Part shown: positions 1 through 8,568 of the stretch, piece after piece
How the letters are laid out: each line of letters starts with the position of its first letter
How positions within the stretch are numbered: the first letter of the stretch is position 1
Assembly: GCF_000023105.1 (NCBI RefSeq)
Contig: NC_012669.1
Span: 2,023,025 to 2,047,024 of the forward strand
Direction: 5' to 3'
Length of the DNA: 24,000 nt
Source: Beutenbergia cavernae DSM 12333
GTDB lineage: Bacteria > Actinomycetota > Actinomycetes > Actinomycetales > Beutenbergiaceae
The notes under the pieces: model-generated
Database searches by the model: none
Seen by the model: the letters and a program-made list of their open reading frames with translations, nothing else
What the model was told of the DNA's origin: nothing
Program-made: the position numbers and the translations under genes

Positions 1-1
1 A

Positions 2-145
2 CCGACCGAGCCCGACCCGGTGGAGGTCGAGGCCTTCTGGGCCGACGTCGACTCCGCCGTCACGCGACTGCGCACCGGGGTGCCGTGGCACCGCCGGATC
101 CGTTCGCGTGTGTCCGTGCGGTCGTTGCGCCGCTCGGGGAGATAG
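2..145 (+). CDS. 3' end of an unidentified protein-coding gene (5' part lies outside the window)
   Basis: Open frame from the window edge to TAG at 143-145. Strong G/C preference at third codon positions (ccg acc gag ccc gac ccg gtg gag gtc ...). Tail reads ...EAFWADVDSAVTRLRTGVPWHRRIRSRVSVRSLRRSGR*. No family recognised from 47 residues. Confidence 0.4.
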   Translation, partial: PTEPDPVEVEAFWADVDSAVTRLRTGVPWHRRIRSRVSVRSLRRSGR

Positions 146-155
146 AGGTCGAGGG

Positions 156-1517
156 ATGTCGCTGACCGCCGCCGCGGTGCCCGCACCTGCGCAGCCGTAC
201 GTCGGGGAGGCGTTCCGGGGGCCCTGGCCGAATGACGGCGCCCGCCTCACCTACCGCCGGGAGGCGATCGCGGCGCTCGCGCCCGCGTACGCGGCGCCGT
301 CGCGGTTCTGGCTCGCGCTCGCCGCCTGGGTGTGCGGGGCGATCGGTGGCACGCTCCTCGGCACGGGCGTCGGCGCGATGGCGACCGGCACGTTCGGCAC
401 GGTCGTCGGCATCGTCATGCTGCTCGTCGGCCTCGCGCTGGGCGTGCTCGGCGCGGTGCTCGGCGTCGGCGTCATCCGTACCGGCACGGTGTTGTCCCGC
501 GCGCTCCAGGGGTGGCTGGCGATCGGGCGGGAGGACCGGTTCCTCGGCCTCGGGCAGCTGCTCGGCGGCACCGGGATCGCGCGCGTCGTGCTCGGCGCGC
601 TCCTGCTCCTCGGCGGGATCGGGTCCGTGCTGCAGGGCGTCAGCGCGCTGGGCGGACCGCAGGGTGTCGGCACGGCGCTCCCGCTCCTCCTCGGCTCCGT
701 GGCGTCCTGGGTCACCGGGGTCACCGTGGCGCTCGGCGTCATCCGGATCCAGCGCGGGTTCTCGGGGACGACGCCTGCCGCCGTGGCCACCGCCGCGGCA
801 CCCGGGCCCGGCCCTGACCCCGACCACGGCGCCTGGACGGGTCCCGCCACCTCGCCCTCGGCGGACGACATCGCACGCTGGCCCACCGGGGCGCCCATCG
901 CGAAGGTCGCCGGCGCAGGCGAGGGTGCGACGCCGAGCACGGCGGCCGACGCCGCGGCTCCCGGTGCGCCGCACGGGATCGTCACCGCCGTGCCCGGCTT
1001 CGCGCCGCCCGCCGTGCCGGGTGCAGCGCCGGCGCCTGCACCCGCCCCGGTGCCCCCGGCCGAGCCGGCCGTCCCGGTGCCCCCGGCCGAGCCGCCCGCC
1101 ACACGGCCGGACGAGGTCGAGGACTCGACCCTCCTGCGCCAGGACGTCGAGGCGACCCGGCTGTCGAGTCCTGCCGAACCGCCGCAGGTGCGCGTGAGCC
1201 TGAGCGACGGGACCGCGCTCGAGGCCGGCCGGACGCTGGTGGGGCGCTCGCCCGGCGCCCGGGAGGGCGAGGACGTCGACGCGTTCGTCGCGGTGGCCGA
1301 CCGGTCCGTCTCCAAGACGCACCTGCTCGTGGAGATCGCCGACGGCGTCGTCACCGTCACCGACCGGGCCTCGACGAACGGGACGGTGCTCGAGACCCCC
1401 GGCGGTACCCGTCCGTGCGCGCCCTGGATCCCCGAGGTCGTGCCGATCGGGGCGCGGGTGCGGTTCGGGGCCCTCGTGCTCGTCGTCGAGGACGCCGCGC
1501 GGCTCGCGAGCCAGTGA
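156..1517 (+). CDS. Membrane protein with C-terminal FHA (forkhead-associated) domain: about 4 Gly/Ala/Leu-rich TM helices, a Pro/Ala-rich linker, then FHA
   Basis: ATG at 156 follows GAGG-rich sequence; the ORF track starts at 108, but MSLTAAA... has the better RBS. FHA signature in the C-terminus: LVGRSPGAREGEDVDAFVAVADRSVSKTHLLVEIADGVVTVTDRASTNGTVL (GR...S..H...NGT). Hydrophobic segments FWLALAAWVCGAIGG, VVGIVMLLVGLALGVLGAVLGVGVI, IARVVLGALLLLGGIG and LPLLLGSVASWVTGVTVALGVI. Confidence 0.75.
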   Translation: MSLTAAAVPAPAQPYVGEAFRGPWPNDGARLTYRREAIAALAPAYAAPSRFWLALAAWVCGAIGGTLLGTGVGAMATGTFGTVVGIVMLLVGLALGVLGAVLGVGVIRTGTVLSRALQGWLAIGREDRFLGLGQLLGGTGIARVVLGALLLLGGIGSVLQGVSALGGPQGVGTALPLLLGSVASWVTGVTVALGVIRIQRGFSGTTPAAVATAAAPGPGPDPDHGAWTGPATSPSADDIARWPTGAPIAKVAGAGEGATPSTAADAAAPGAPHGIVTAVPGFAPPAVPGAAPAPAPAPVPPAEPAVPVPPAEPPATRPDEVEDSTLLRQDVEATRLSSPAEPPQVRVSLSDGTALEAGRTLVGRSPGAREGEDVDAFVAVADRSVSKTHLLVEIADGVVTVTDRASTNGTVLETPGGTRPCAPWIPEVVPIGARVRFGALVLVVEDAARLASQ

Positions 1518-1576
1518 CGAGCCCGTGACCCACGACGGTCCGCGACCGTGCGGGGCGGCCGGGCGCCGTCGTGCGC

Positions 1577-1675
1577 TATCGTGCTTGACGTGTGCTCCCG
1601 AGAGCAGCTCTCGCAGCTTCTTCCTTGCCGCGACGAGGCCCACTAGGCCGGCCCCTCGTCGCGGCGGTTGTCGTG
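1577..1675 (+). promoter_or_regulatory. Candidate leuA leader: possible -10 (TATCGT, 1577-1582), short uORF (GTG 1590 or 1581 to TAG 1644-1646) with tandem rare CTT Leu codons, and a 12-bp GC-rich hairpin (1627-1638 / 1654-1665)
   Basis: Arms gccgcgacgagg (1627-1638) and cctcgtcgcggc (1654-1665) are perfect reverse complements and are followed by ggttgtcgtg. The uORF reads (V)CSREQLSQLLPCRDEAH*, with ctt ctt at 1617-1622 just upstream of the stem. A small hairpin cgagag-cag-ctctcg lies at 1599-1613. leuA starts 62 nt after the stem. Confidence 0.3.
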
Positions 1676-1727
1676 CCCGGCCGAGAAAGGCCCCCACGAA
1701 GGACTGACCCAGAGCGGCGAGGAACCC

Positions 1728-3497
1728 ATGAACACCACAGCACAGACCCGGCCTGACGCGACCCGTCCGGACGGACGCCGGATGCCGATCGGCAAGTACC
1801 GGCCCTTCCTCGACGTGAACGGCATCGACCTGCCCGACCGGCAGTGGCCGTCACGTCGCATGACGCACGCCCCCCGGTGGCTCTCGACCGACCTGCGGGA
1901 CGGCAACCAGGCGCTGATCGAGCCGATGGACCCGGCCCGCAAGCACCAGATGTTCGAGCTGCTCGTCCGGATGGGCTACACCGAGATCGAGATCGGCTTC
2001 CCTGCGGCGAGCCAGACGGACTTCGACTTCGTCCGGTCGCTCATCACGTCGGACGCGATCCCCGAGCACGTCACCGTCTCGGTCCTCACGCAGGCGCGCA
2101 CCGACCTCATCGACCGCACGGTGTCGTCGCTCGTGGGTGCACATCGGGCGACCGTCCACATGTACAACGCCACGGCCCCGGTGTTCCGGGACGTGGTGTT
2201 CCGGACGGACAAGAACGGCACGAAGCGGCTCGCCACCGAGGGCACCCGCGACGTCATGGACTACGCCGACAAGTACCTCGACTCCGACGTGATCTTCGGG
2301 TACGAGTACTCGCCGGAGATCTTCATCGACACGGAGCTCGACTACGTGCTCGAGGTGTGCGAGGGCGTCATGGACGTCTGGGAGCCGGGGGACGGCCGGG
2401 AGATCGTGCTCAACCTGCCGGCGACGGTGGAGCGAGCGACCCCCAACGTCTACGCCGACCAGATCGAGTGGATGAGCCGCCACCTGTCGCGGCGCGAGCA
2501 CGTCTCGCTGTCGGTCCACCCGCACAACGACCGCGGCACCGCCGTCGCCGCCGCGGAGCTCGCCGTGCTCGCGGGGGCCGACCGCATCGAGGGCTGCCTG
2601 TTCGGCCAGGGGGAGCGCACGGGCAACGTCGACCTCGTCACGCTGGGGATGAACCTGTACAGCCAGGGCATCGACCCGGGGATCGACTTCTCCGACATCG
2701 ACGGCATCCGGCGCACCGTGGAGCACTGCACGCAGATGGACGTGCATCCGCGTCACCCGTACGGCGGGGACCTCGTGTACACGGCGTTCTCGGGATCGCA
2801 CCAGGACGCGATCAAGAAGGGCTTCGACAAGCGGACCGCCGACGTCGAGGCGGCCGGCGGCGATGAGGAGGCGGTGGCCTGGGCGGTGCCCTACCTGCCC
2901 GTCGACCCGCACGACGTCGGCCGCAGCTACGAGGCCGTCATCCGTGTGAACTCCCAGTCCGGCAAGGGCGGCGTCGCGTACCTCATGTCCACCGAGCGGC
3001 ACCTGGACCTGCCGCGCCGGCTCCAGATCGAGTTCAGCCGCATCGTGCAGCGGTACACGGACGCCGACGGCGGCGAGATCACCGCCGACCGGCTGTGGGA
3101 GATCTTCACCGACGAGTACCTGCCGGCGTCGGACGAGTCCGGGCTCGAGCACTGGGGCCGTTTCGAGCTCCGCTCCACGCAGGTGTCCTCGTCCGCGGGC
3201 GACGAGCCGGACGCGCTCGTCGTCGCGCTCCTCGACGACGGCACCGAGCACGAGCTGCGCGCGAGCGGGAACGGCCCGGTCGACGCGTTCACGGCGGTAC
3301 TCGCCCAGCGCGGCGTCGAGGTCGCCGTCATCGACTACACGGAGCACGCCCTCTCGGAAGGTGGGGACGCGATCGCCGCGGCGTACGTCGAGGCGGACGT
3401 CGACGGCCAGGTGCTGTGGGGGGTCGGGCTCGACGCCTCGATCACGACGGCGTCCTTCAAGGCCATCGTCTCCGCCGTCAACCGTGCGGTGCGCTGA
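1728..3497 (+). CDS. leuA: 2-isopropylmalate synthase (long actinobacterial LeuA type)
   Basis: ATG at 1728 is preceded by ggcgaggaa. The sequence ...MPIGKYRPFLDVNGIDLPDRQWPSRRMTHAPRWLSTDLRDGNQALIEPMDP...HPHNDRGTAVAAAELAVLAGADRIEGCLFGQGERTGNVDL... is a typical LeuA catalytic TIM barrel followed by the C-terminal regulatory domain. Confidence 0.95.
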   Translation: MNTTAQTRPDATRPDGRRMPIGKYRPFLDVNGIDLPDRQWPSRRMTHAPRWLSTDLRDGNQALIEPMDPARKHQMFELLVRMGYTEIEIGFPAASQTDFDFVRSLITSDAIPEHVTVSVLTQARTDLIDRTVSSLVGAHRATVHMYNATAPVFRDVVFRTDKNGTKRLATEGTRDVMDYADKYLDSDVIFGYEYSPEIFIDTELDYVLEVCEGVMDVWEPGDGREIVLNLPATVERATPNVYADQIEWMSRHLSRREHVSLSVHPHNDRGTAVAAAELAVLAGADRIEGCLFGQGERTGNVDLVTLGMNLYSQGIDPGIDFSDIDGIRRTVEHCTQMDVHPRHPYGGDLVYTAFSGSHQDAIKKGFDKRTADVEAAGGDEEAVAWAVPYLPVDPHDVGRSYEAVIRVNSQSGKGGVAYLMSTERHLDLPRRLQIEFSRIVQRYTDADGGEITADRLWEIFTDEYLPASDESGLEHWGRFELRSTQVSSSAGDEPDALVVALLDDGTEHELRASGNGPVDAFTAVLAQRGVEVAVIDYTEHALSEGGDAIAAAYVEADVDGQVLWGVGLDASITTASFKAIVSAVNRAVR

Positions 3498-3499
3498 AC

Positions 3500-4144
3500 G
3501 TGTTCACGGGGATCGTCGAGACGATCGGCGTCGTCGTCGACCTGCGGGCCGACGACGACGCCGCCCGGCTCACCGTGCGCGGCCTCGCACCCGAGCGGAT
3601 CGGTGACTCGCTCGCCGTCGACGGCGTCTGCCTCACCGTCACGCGACGCGACGGCGACGAGGTGGAGCTCGACGTCATGCCGGAGACGCTGCGCCGCAGC
3701 ACGCTCGGCGCGCTGCGAGCCGGTGACCGCGTCAACCTCGAGCGGGCGGTGCGCGCCGACGGACGGCTCGACGGCCACCTCGTCCAGGGGCACGTGGACG
3801 GCGTCGGCAGCCTGGTGCGCCGTGCGCCCGGCGCGCGCTGGGACGACCTCGAGCTCGACGCGCCGGCCCCGCTGCTCCGGTACGTCGCGGAGAAGGGGTC
3901 CATCGCCGTCAGCGGCGTCTCGTTGACGGTGACCCACGTCGGCGGCACGACGTTCGGCGTCTCGCTCATCCCGTCGACGCTCGCGGGCACGACGCTCGGC
4001 GGCCTTGCTCCCGGGGACCGCGTCAACCTCGAGGTCGACGTCGTCGCGAAGTACGTCGAGCGGCTCCTCGACGCCGGCGTGGGCCCGGCCGCGGCGAGCC
4101 GGTCGGCCGGCGACGGCGCGGCGAGCGCCGTCGGCGAGCCGTGA
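3500..4144 (+). CDS. ribE: Riboflavin synthase alpha chain-like protein (two lumazine-binding repeats)
   Basis: GTG at 3500 lies 2 nt after the leuA TGA. The N-terminus [12 protein letters not shown] is the classic riboflavin synthase start. Both repeats are present (..[12 protein letters not shown].. and ..[12 protein letters not shown]..), along with [12 protein letters not shown]. The part of ORF 3095..4144 upstream of 3500 overlaps leuA and is rejected. Confidence 0.85.
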   Translation: MFTGIVETIGVVVDLRADDDAARLTVRGLAPERIGDSLAVDGVCLTVTRRDGDEVELDVMPETLRRSTLGALRAGDRVNLERAVRADGRLDGHLVQGHVDGVGSLVRRAPGARWDDLELDAPAPLLRYVAEKGSIAVSGVSLTVTHVGGTTFGVSLIPSTLAGTTLGGLAPGDRVNLEVDVVAKYVERLLDAGVGPAAASRSAGDGAASAVGEP

Positions 4145-4178
4145 GGCCGGTGTCGGTGCCCCGGGAGAGAATGACTCG

Positions 4179-4910
4179 GTGAAGCTGTACCGGGACGAGG
4201 CAGTCGTCCTGCGCACCCACAAGCTCGGCGAGGCCGATCGCATCCTCACCCTGCTCACCCGGCACCACGGCCAGGTCCGCGCCGTGGCGAAGGGTGTGCG
4301 TCGCACGTCGAGCAAGTTCGGCGCGCGGCTGGAGCCGTTCGGCGTCATCGACCTGCAGCTGTACGCCGGGCGCAGCCTCGACGTCGTCACGCAGGTCGAC
4401 ACGCTCGCGCCGCACGGGCGCAGCATCGTCGGGGACTACGCGCTGTACACGACGGCGACGGCGATGGTCGAGACGGCCGAACGTCTGACGGAGATCGAAC
4501 GGGAGCCGGCCACCCAGCAGTACCTGCTGCTGGTCGGCGCACTGCGCGCGCTCGCCGAGCGGGCGCACGCCCCGACGCTGGTGCTCGACTCCTACCTGCT
4601 GCGCTCGCTGGCCGTCGCGGGGTGGGCGCCCACCTTCACCGACTGCGCGCGGTGCAGCCGCGAGGGCCCGCACCGCGCCTTCTCCGCGCCGATGGGCGGG
4701 GCGCTGTGCCAGGCGTGCCGCCCGCCGGGCGCGGCGGCTCCGGCGGCCGAGACGTTCCTGCTGCTCGGAGCGCTCCTGGCGGGCGACTGGGCCCTCGCCG
4801 ACGCGAGCGACGAACGGCATCGCCGCGAGTCGAGCGGGCTGGTCGCCGCGTACCTGCAGTGGCACCTCGAGCGGCAGCTGCGGTCGTTGCGGCACGTGGA
4901 GCGCGCGTGA
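4179..4910 (+). CDS. recO: DNA repair protein RecO
   Basis: GTG at 4179, with gggagaga 8 nt upstream. [54 protein letters not shown]... is a typical RecO OB fold, followed by the Cys motif CARC...C..C. Confidence 0.92.
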   Translation: MKLYRDEAVVLRTHKLGEADRILTLLTRHHGQVRAVAKGVRRTSSKFGARLEPFGVIDLQLYAGRSLDVVTQVDTLAPHGRSIVGDYALYTTATAMVETAERLTEIEREPATQQYLLLVGALRALAERAHAPTLVLDSYLLRSLAVAGWAPTFTDCARCSREGPHRAFSAPMGGALCQACRPPGAAAPAAETFLLLGALLAGDWALADASDERHRRESSGLVAAYLQWHLERQLRSLRHVERA

Positions 4911-5740
4911 GGCGTGGTGGTCCCGAGGGCTCGGGGCGGCGGCGCTCCGCAGCGTCCACGACGACGGCGCCGGTCGCGCCACCGCCGCATCCGTCCGGGG
5001 CGCGACCCCCACGGATCCCGGCCGAGCTGGTACCTCGTCACGTCGCCGTCGTCATGGACGGGAACGGGCGCTGGGCCAACGCCCGTGGGCTGCCCCGCAC
5101 GGAGGGCCACGCGGCGGGCGAGGCCGTGCTGCTCGACGTCGTGGCGGGCGCGATCGAGCTCGGGATCACCCATGTCAGCGCGTACGCGTTCTCCACGGAG
5201 AACTGGAAGCGCTCGCCCGCCGAGGTGCGGTGGCTCATGGGGTTCAACCGGGACGTGCTGCGGCGGCGGCGCGACGAGATGAGCTCCTGGGGCGTCCGGG
5301 TGCGCTGGGCGGGGCGCCGGCCGCGGCTGTGGCGCAGCGTCATCGCCGAGCTCGAGGAGGCGGAGCGGGTCACGCGTGACAACGCGCTCTGCACGCTGAC
5401 GATGTGCGTCAACTACGGCGGCCGCGCGGAGATCGCCGACGCCACGAGGGCGATCGCGCGCGAGGTGGCCGCCGGACGCCTGGACCCCGAGCGGATCACC
5501 GAACGCACGCTCGCGCGCCACCTCGACGAACCGGACATGCCGGACGTCGACCTGTTCCTGCGTACCGGGGGAGAGCAGCGCGCCTCGAACTTCCTCATCT
5601 GGCAGTCGGCCTACGCGGAGATGGTGTTCCTCGACAAGCCGTGGCCCGACGTCGACCGCCGGGACCTGTGGGCAGCGGCGCTCGAGTACGCGCGCCGGGA
5701 CCGGCGCTACGGCGGGGCCGTCGACGCGCCGTCCGCCTGA
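4907..5740 (+). CDS. uppS: Isoprenyl transferase / undecaprenyl-diphosphate synthase (cis-prenyltransferase)
   Basis: The GTG at 4907 overlaps the recO stop (GTGA). Motifs [26 protein letters not shown] and [21 protein letters not shown] are present. A Pro-rich N-terminal extension, as in mycobacterial UppS, precedes the catalytic core. Confidence 0.9.
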   Translation: MRRGGPEGSGRRRSAASTTTAPVAPPPHPSGARPPRIPAELVPRHVAVVMDGNGRWANARGLPRTEGHAAGEAVLLDVVAGAIELGITHVSAYAFSTENWKRSPAEVRWLMGFNRDVLRRRRDEMSSWGVRVRWAGRRPRLWRSVIAELEEAERVTRDNALCTLTMCVNYGGRAEIADATRAIAREVAAGRLDPERITERTLARHLDEPDMPDVDLFLRTGGEQRASNFLIWQSAYAEMVFLDKPWPDVDRRDLWAAALEYARRDRRYGGAVDAPSA

Positions 5741-5823
5741 CCCCCCGGGAGCTGCGGCCATCTCGGATGAGACGACGCCGGCGTGGCCCGCCGATGTCGG
5801 CCTCGCTCCTTAGGGTGGTGGGC

Positions 5824-6183
5824 ATGACGCTGAGCATCGGACAGGTGACCACCGACTCGACCGACCCCGGGCCGCTCGCGCGGTGGTGGGCCGACGTCAC
5901 CGGGGGACAGGTCGTGGCGGAGCACGACGGGTGGTTCTACATCGTCCAGGGCCCGGGCGGGGCCTTCGCGTTCCAGAAGGTCGACGCTGTGACCCCCGGC
6001 AAGAACAAGGTGCACGTCGACTTCGCGACGACCGACGACCTGGACGCCGTGGCCGACGAGCTGGTCGCGGCAGGGGCGAGCCTCGTCGCGAAGCGCGGAG
6101 ACGATGCGTTCCGCTGGATCACGCTGACCGACCCGCAGGGGAACGAGTTCTGCGTCGCGTCGGAGCACCTCACCGAGGACTGA
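5824..6183 (+). CDS. VOC / glyoxalase-fold family protein (small, single domain)
   Basis: ATG at 5824 follows agggtggtggg. The pattern MTLSIGQVTTDSTDPGPLARWWADVTGG...FQKV...KNKVHVDFATTD...LTDPQGNEFCV is typical of glyoxalase-like domain proteins. Confidence 0.7.
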   Translation: MTLSIGQVTTDSTDPGPLARWWADVTGGQVVAEHDGWFYIVQGPGGAFAFQKVDAVTPGKNKVHVDFATTDDLDAVADELVAAGASLVAKRGDDAFRWITLTDPQGNEFCVASEHLTED

Positions 6184-6745
6184 GCGCGTACTCCAGCTCC
6201 ACGAGCCCGTCGGGGAACGCACGCGACGCCACGCGCTCCACCGGCCGGCGGCGCAGGTCGGTCGGCACCGGGCGGACGCCGTCGCCGAGGAGGACGGGCA
6301 GCACCACGAGGCGGAGATCGTCGACGGCGCCTGCCCGGAACAGCTGGTCGGTCACGTCGAAGCTGCCCCACACGACGACGTCGCCGTGGCGGTCGGCGAC
6401 CTCTCGCACCAGGGCGGCGGCGTCGCCGGCGATCACCGTGGCCGGGGCGTAGGCACCCCACGGCGCCGCCGGAAGGTTCCGCGACAGCACGTACTTCGGC
6501 GCGGCGTTCAGCCGATCCGCGATCGGATCCGCCTCGGAGGCGTCCGTGGGCCAGTACTCGACGAACATCCGGTAGGTGCTGGCGCCGAGCACGATCGCGC
6601 CGATCGCCGACGCCCACTCGGCGTTGGCCTCGTCGAACTCGCGACTCGCTCCACCGCCCATGTCGTCGAACAGCGTGAACGCGCCGTTCGAGTCGGCTCC
6701 GAAGCCGTCGGCGGAGACGAACTGCTGCACCACGATGCGACCCAT
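6170..6745 (-). CDS. Dihydrofolate reductase family protein (RibD C-terminal domain-like)
   Basis: ATG (cat at 6743-6745) with GAGGAAGGA upstream on the minus strand. MGRIVVQQFVSADGF...IVLGASTYRMFVEYWP...KYVLSR...VVVWGSFDVTDQLFRAGAVDDLRLVVLPVLLGDG matches the RibD_C/YyaP-type pattern. The 3' end overlaps the convergent VOC gene by 14 nt. Confidence 0.75.
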   Translation of the reverse strand: MGRIVVQQFVSADGFGADSNGAFTLFDDMGGGASREFDEANAEWASAIGAIVLGASTYRMFVEYWPTDASEADPIADRLNAAPKYVLSRNLPAAPWGAYAPATVIAGDAAALVREVADRHGDVVVWGSFDVTDQLFRAGAVDDLRLVVLPVLLGDGVRPVPTDLRRRPVERVASRAFPDGLVELEYALSPR

Positions 6746-6898
6746 GGGGGACGTCCTTCCTCGGCGGTCCCGCGTGTGCACCACGCCGACCGGAGCCCGG
6801 CAAGCGCGACTTCACCCCCGCCATGTCAAGGGCTTACGCCTGCGGAGGCGTGCGTGTAACTTACCAACCATCGATCGGCCCAACGAAGGGAAGAGACG

Positions 6899-8515
6899 GT
6901 GGGACAGCTCAACCACACGCACGACGGCGCCCCGCACGGCGTGCAACGCCGCACGTTCCTCACACTCGCCACGGCCGGGGTCGCGGCGAGCACGCTCACC
7001 GTCACCGTCGGCTCCATGACGCCGGCGGCGGCCACGCCGTCGGCGGATCCCGCTGCGTTCCTCAAGCGTGAGCTGCGCGCGATGTGGATCTCGTCGGTGG
7101 TGAACATCGACTGGCCGTCCGCCACCGGCCTGAGCGCCGAGGCGCAGCAGGCGGAGTACCTGCACTGGCTCGACGTCGCTCAGGACTTCCGCCTCAACGC
7201 CGTGTTCGTCCAGGTGCGCCCCACCGCTGACGCGTTCTGGCCGTCGCCGCACGAGCCGTGGTCGCAGTACCTCACGGGCGTGCAGGGCCAGGACCCCGGC
7301 TACGACCCGCTCGCGTTCATCGTGGAGGAGACCCACAAGCGCAACCTTGAGCTGCACACCTGGTACAACCCGTACCGCGTGTCGATGCAGGCGGACCCGG
7401 CGCAGCTGGTCCCGGAGCACCCGGCGCGCGTGCACCCCGACTGGATCTGGCCGTACGGCGGCAAGCTCTACTTCGACCCGGGGCTCCCCGAGACGCAGGA
7501 GCACATCCAGGCGGCGATCCTGCACTCCGTCGAGAACTATGACATCGACGGCGTCCACTTCGACGACTACTTCTACCCGTACCCGGTCGCCGGGCAGACG
7601 ATCCCGGACGCCGAGACGTACGCGACGTACGGCGCCGGGTTCGACGACGTCGGGGACTGGCGTCGGCACAACGTCGACACGTTCATCTCGTCGATCTCCG
7701 CGCGGATCAAGCAGGTCAAGCCCTGGGTGAAGTTCGGCATCAGCCCGTTCGGGATCTGGCGCAACGACACCACCGACCCGCTCGGGTCCGCGACGCGCGG
7801 CTCCCAGTCCTACGACCTGCAGTTCGCCGACACCCGGAAGTGGGTGCTGGAGGGCTGGCTGGACTACATCAACCCGCAGGTCTACTGGCAGATCGGCCTC
7901 GCCGTCGCCGACTACTCGGTGCTCGTGCCCTGGTGGGCGGACGTGGCCGCGACCAGCGGGACGCACCTGTACATCGGGGAGGCGTTGTACAAGGTGACCT
8001 CCGGCGTCTTCACCGACCCGGCCGAGCTGGCGAACCACCTCGCGCTCGACCGCGACGTGACCGAGACCGTCGGGCCCGTGCACGGCAACGTCTACTTCTC
8101 GGCGAAGCACGTGCCGGCCGACCCGGCGGGCTCGATGTCCCTGGTGCGCGACGGCTACTACGTGCACCCCGCACTGGTCCCGACGATGCCGCACCTGCCG
8201 GGCACGGAGGTGCGGACACCCCTCCTCGCTCTGGCGAACTGGCGCGACGACGGCGTCCGCGTGCACTGGACGGACATCGGCGGCCGTCGGCACCGGGCGA
8301 CGTCGTTCGCGATCTATCGCGTCGAGGGCCACCACCGCGAGATCGACGTCGAGAACCCCGCGACGCTCATCGCCACGCAGCGCGCCGAGCGGCACCTGGT
8401 CCAGGACTACCTGGACGCGAGCGCGGTGCCCGGCACGCCGTACTCCTACGCCGTGACAGCGCTGGACCGGCTGTGGAACGAGTCGGCGCCCTCCCGCGTG
8501 CGGTGGGCGATCTAG
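6899..8515 (+). CDS. Secreted glycoside hydrolase family 10-like protein (GHL10 / YngK-like) with twin-arginine signal and C-terminal FN3/Ig-like domain
   Basis: GTG at 6899 follows gaagggaagaga. Tat-like signal VQRRTFLTLATAGVAAS. The core ELRAMWISSVVNIDWPS...LNAVFVQVRPTADAFWPSPHEPWSQYLTGVQGQDPGYDPLAFIVEETHKRNLELHTWYNPYRV is characteristic of the GHL10 family. Confidence 0.7.
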   Translation: MGQLNHTHDGAPHGVQRRTFLTLATAGVAASTLTVTVGSMTPAAATPSADPAAFLKRELRAMWISSVVNIDWPSATGLSAEAQQAEYLHWLDVAQDFRLNAVFVQVRPTADAFWPSPHEPWSQYLTGVQGQDPGYDPLAFIVEETHKRNLELHTWYNPYRVSMQADPAQLVPEHPARVHPDWIWPYGGKLYFDPGLPETQEHIQAAILHSVENYDIDGVHFDDYFYPYPVAGQTIPDAETYATYGAGFDDVGDWRRHNVDTFISSISARIKQVKPWVKFGISPFGIWRNDTTDPLGSATRGSQSYDLQFADTRKWVLEGWLDYINPQVYWQIGLAVADYSVLVPWWADVAATSGTHLYIGEALYKVTSGVFTDPAELANHLALDRDVTETVGPVHGNVYFSAKHVPADPAGSMSLVRDGYYVHPALVPTMPHLPGTEVRTPLLALANWRDDGVRVHWTDIGGRRHRATSFAIYRVEGHHREIDVENPATLIATQRAERHLVQDYLDASAVPGTPYSYAVTALDRLWNESAPSRVRWAI

Positions 8516-8568
8516 CTCCGGCGGACAGATCCGACGGACAGGGCCGGGCGGTCCGGAGCCGGGCGAGC

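Noticed and set aside
60-1697. 545-aa minus-strand ORF antisense to the FHA-protein gene. The same pattern recurs at 251..1360(-), 1851..3347(-), 3335..4426(-), 4023..5012(-), 4592..5761(-), 5937..6824(-), 12295..13773(-), 13740..14750(-), 14249..16144(-), 17125..18237(-), 18317..19699(-) and 19590..21371(-).
   Set aside because: These are typical high-GC shadow ORFs. Their translations are Arg/Pro/Gly/Asp-rich and low in complexity, contain no recognisable domain, and lie exactly opposite genes with strong family signatures and correct GC3 bias. Stop codons are simply rare in this base composition.
3095-3499. Upstream extension of the riboflavin-synthase ORF overlapping the 3' end of leuA.
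   Set aside because: The translation is Arg-rich with no homology. Riboflavin synthases begin at the (M/V)FTGIVE motif, found at 3500.
6170-6183. 14-nt convergent 3'-end overlap of the VOC gene and the DHFR-family gene.
   Set aside because: The overlap is real in the sequence, but short convergent overlaps are common in compact high-GC genomes. It has no evident functional implication beyond the lack of space for a terminator.
8516-8568. ctccgg...ccggag inverted repeat and a cggacag direct repeat between the convergent GHL10 and dedA genes.
   Set aside because: The stem is only 6 bp and the loop is long, so at best this is a weak terminator. It is not distinctive.
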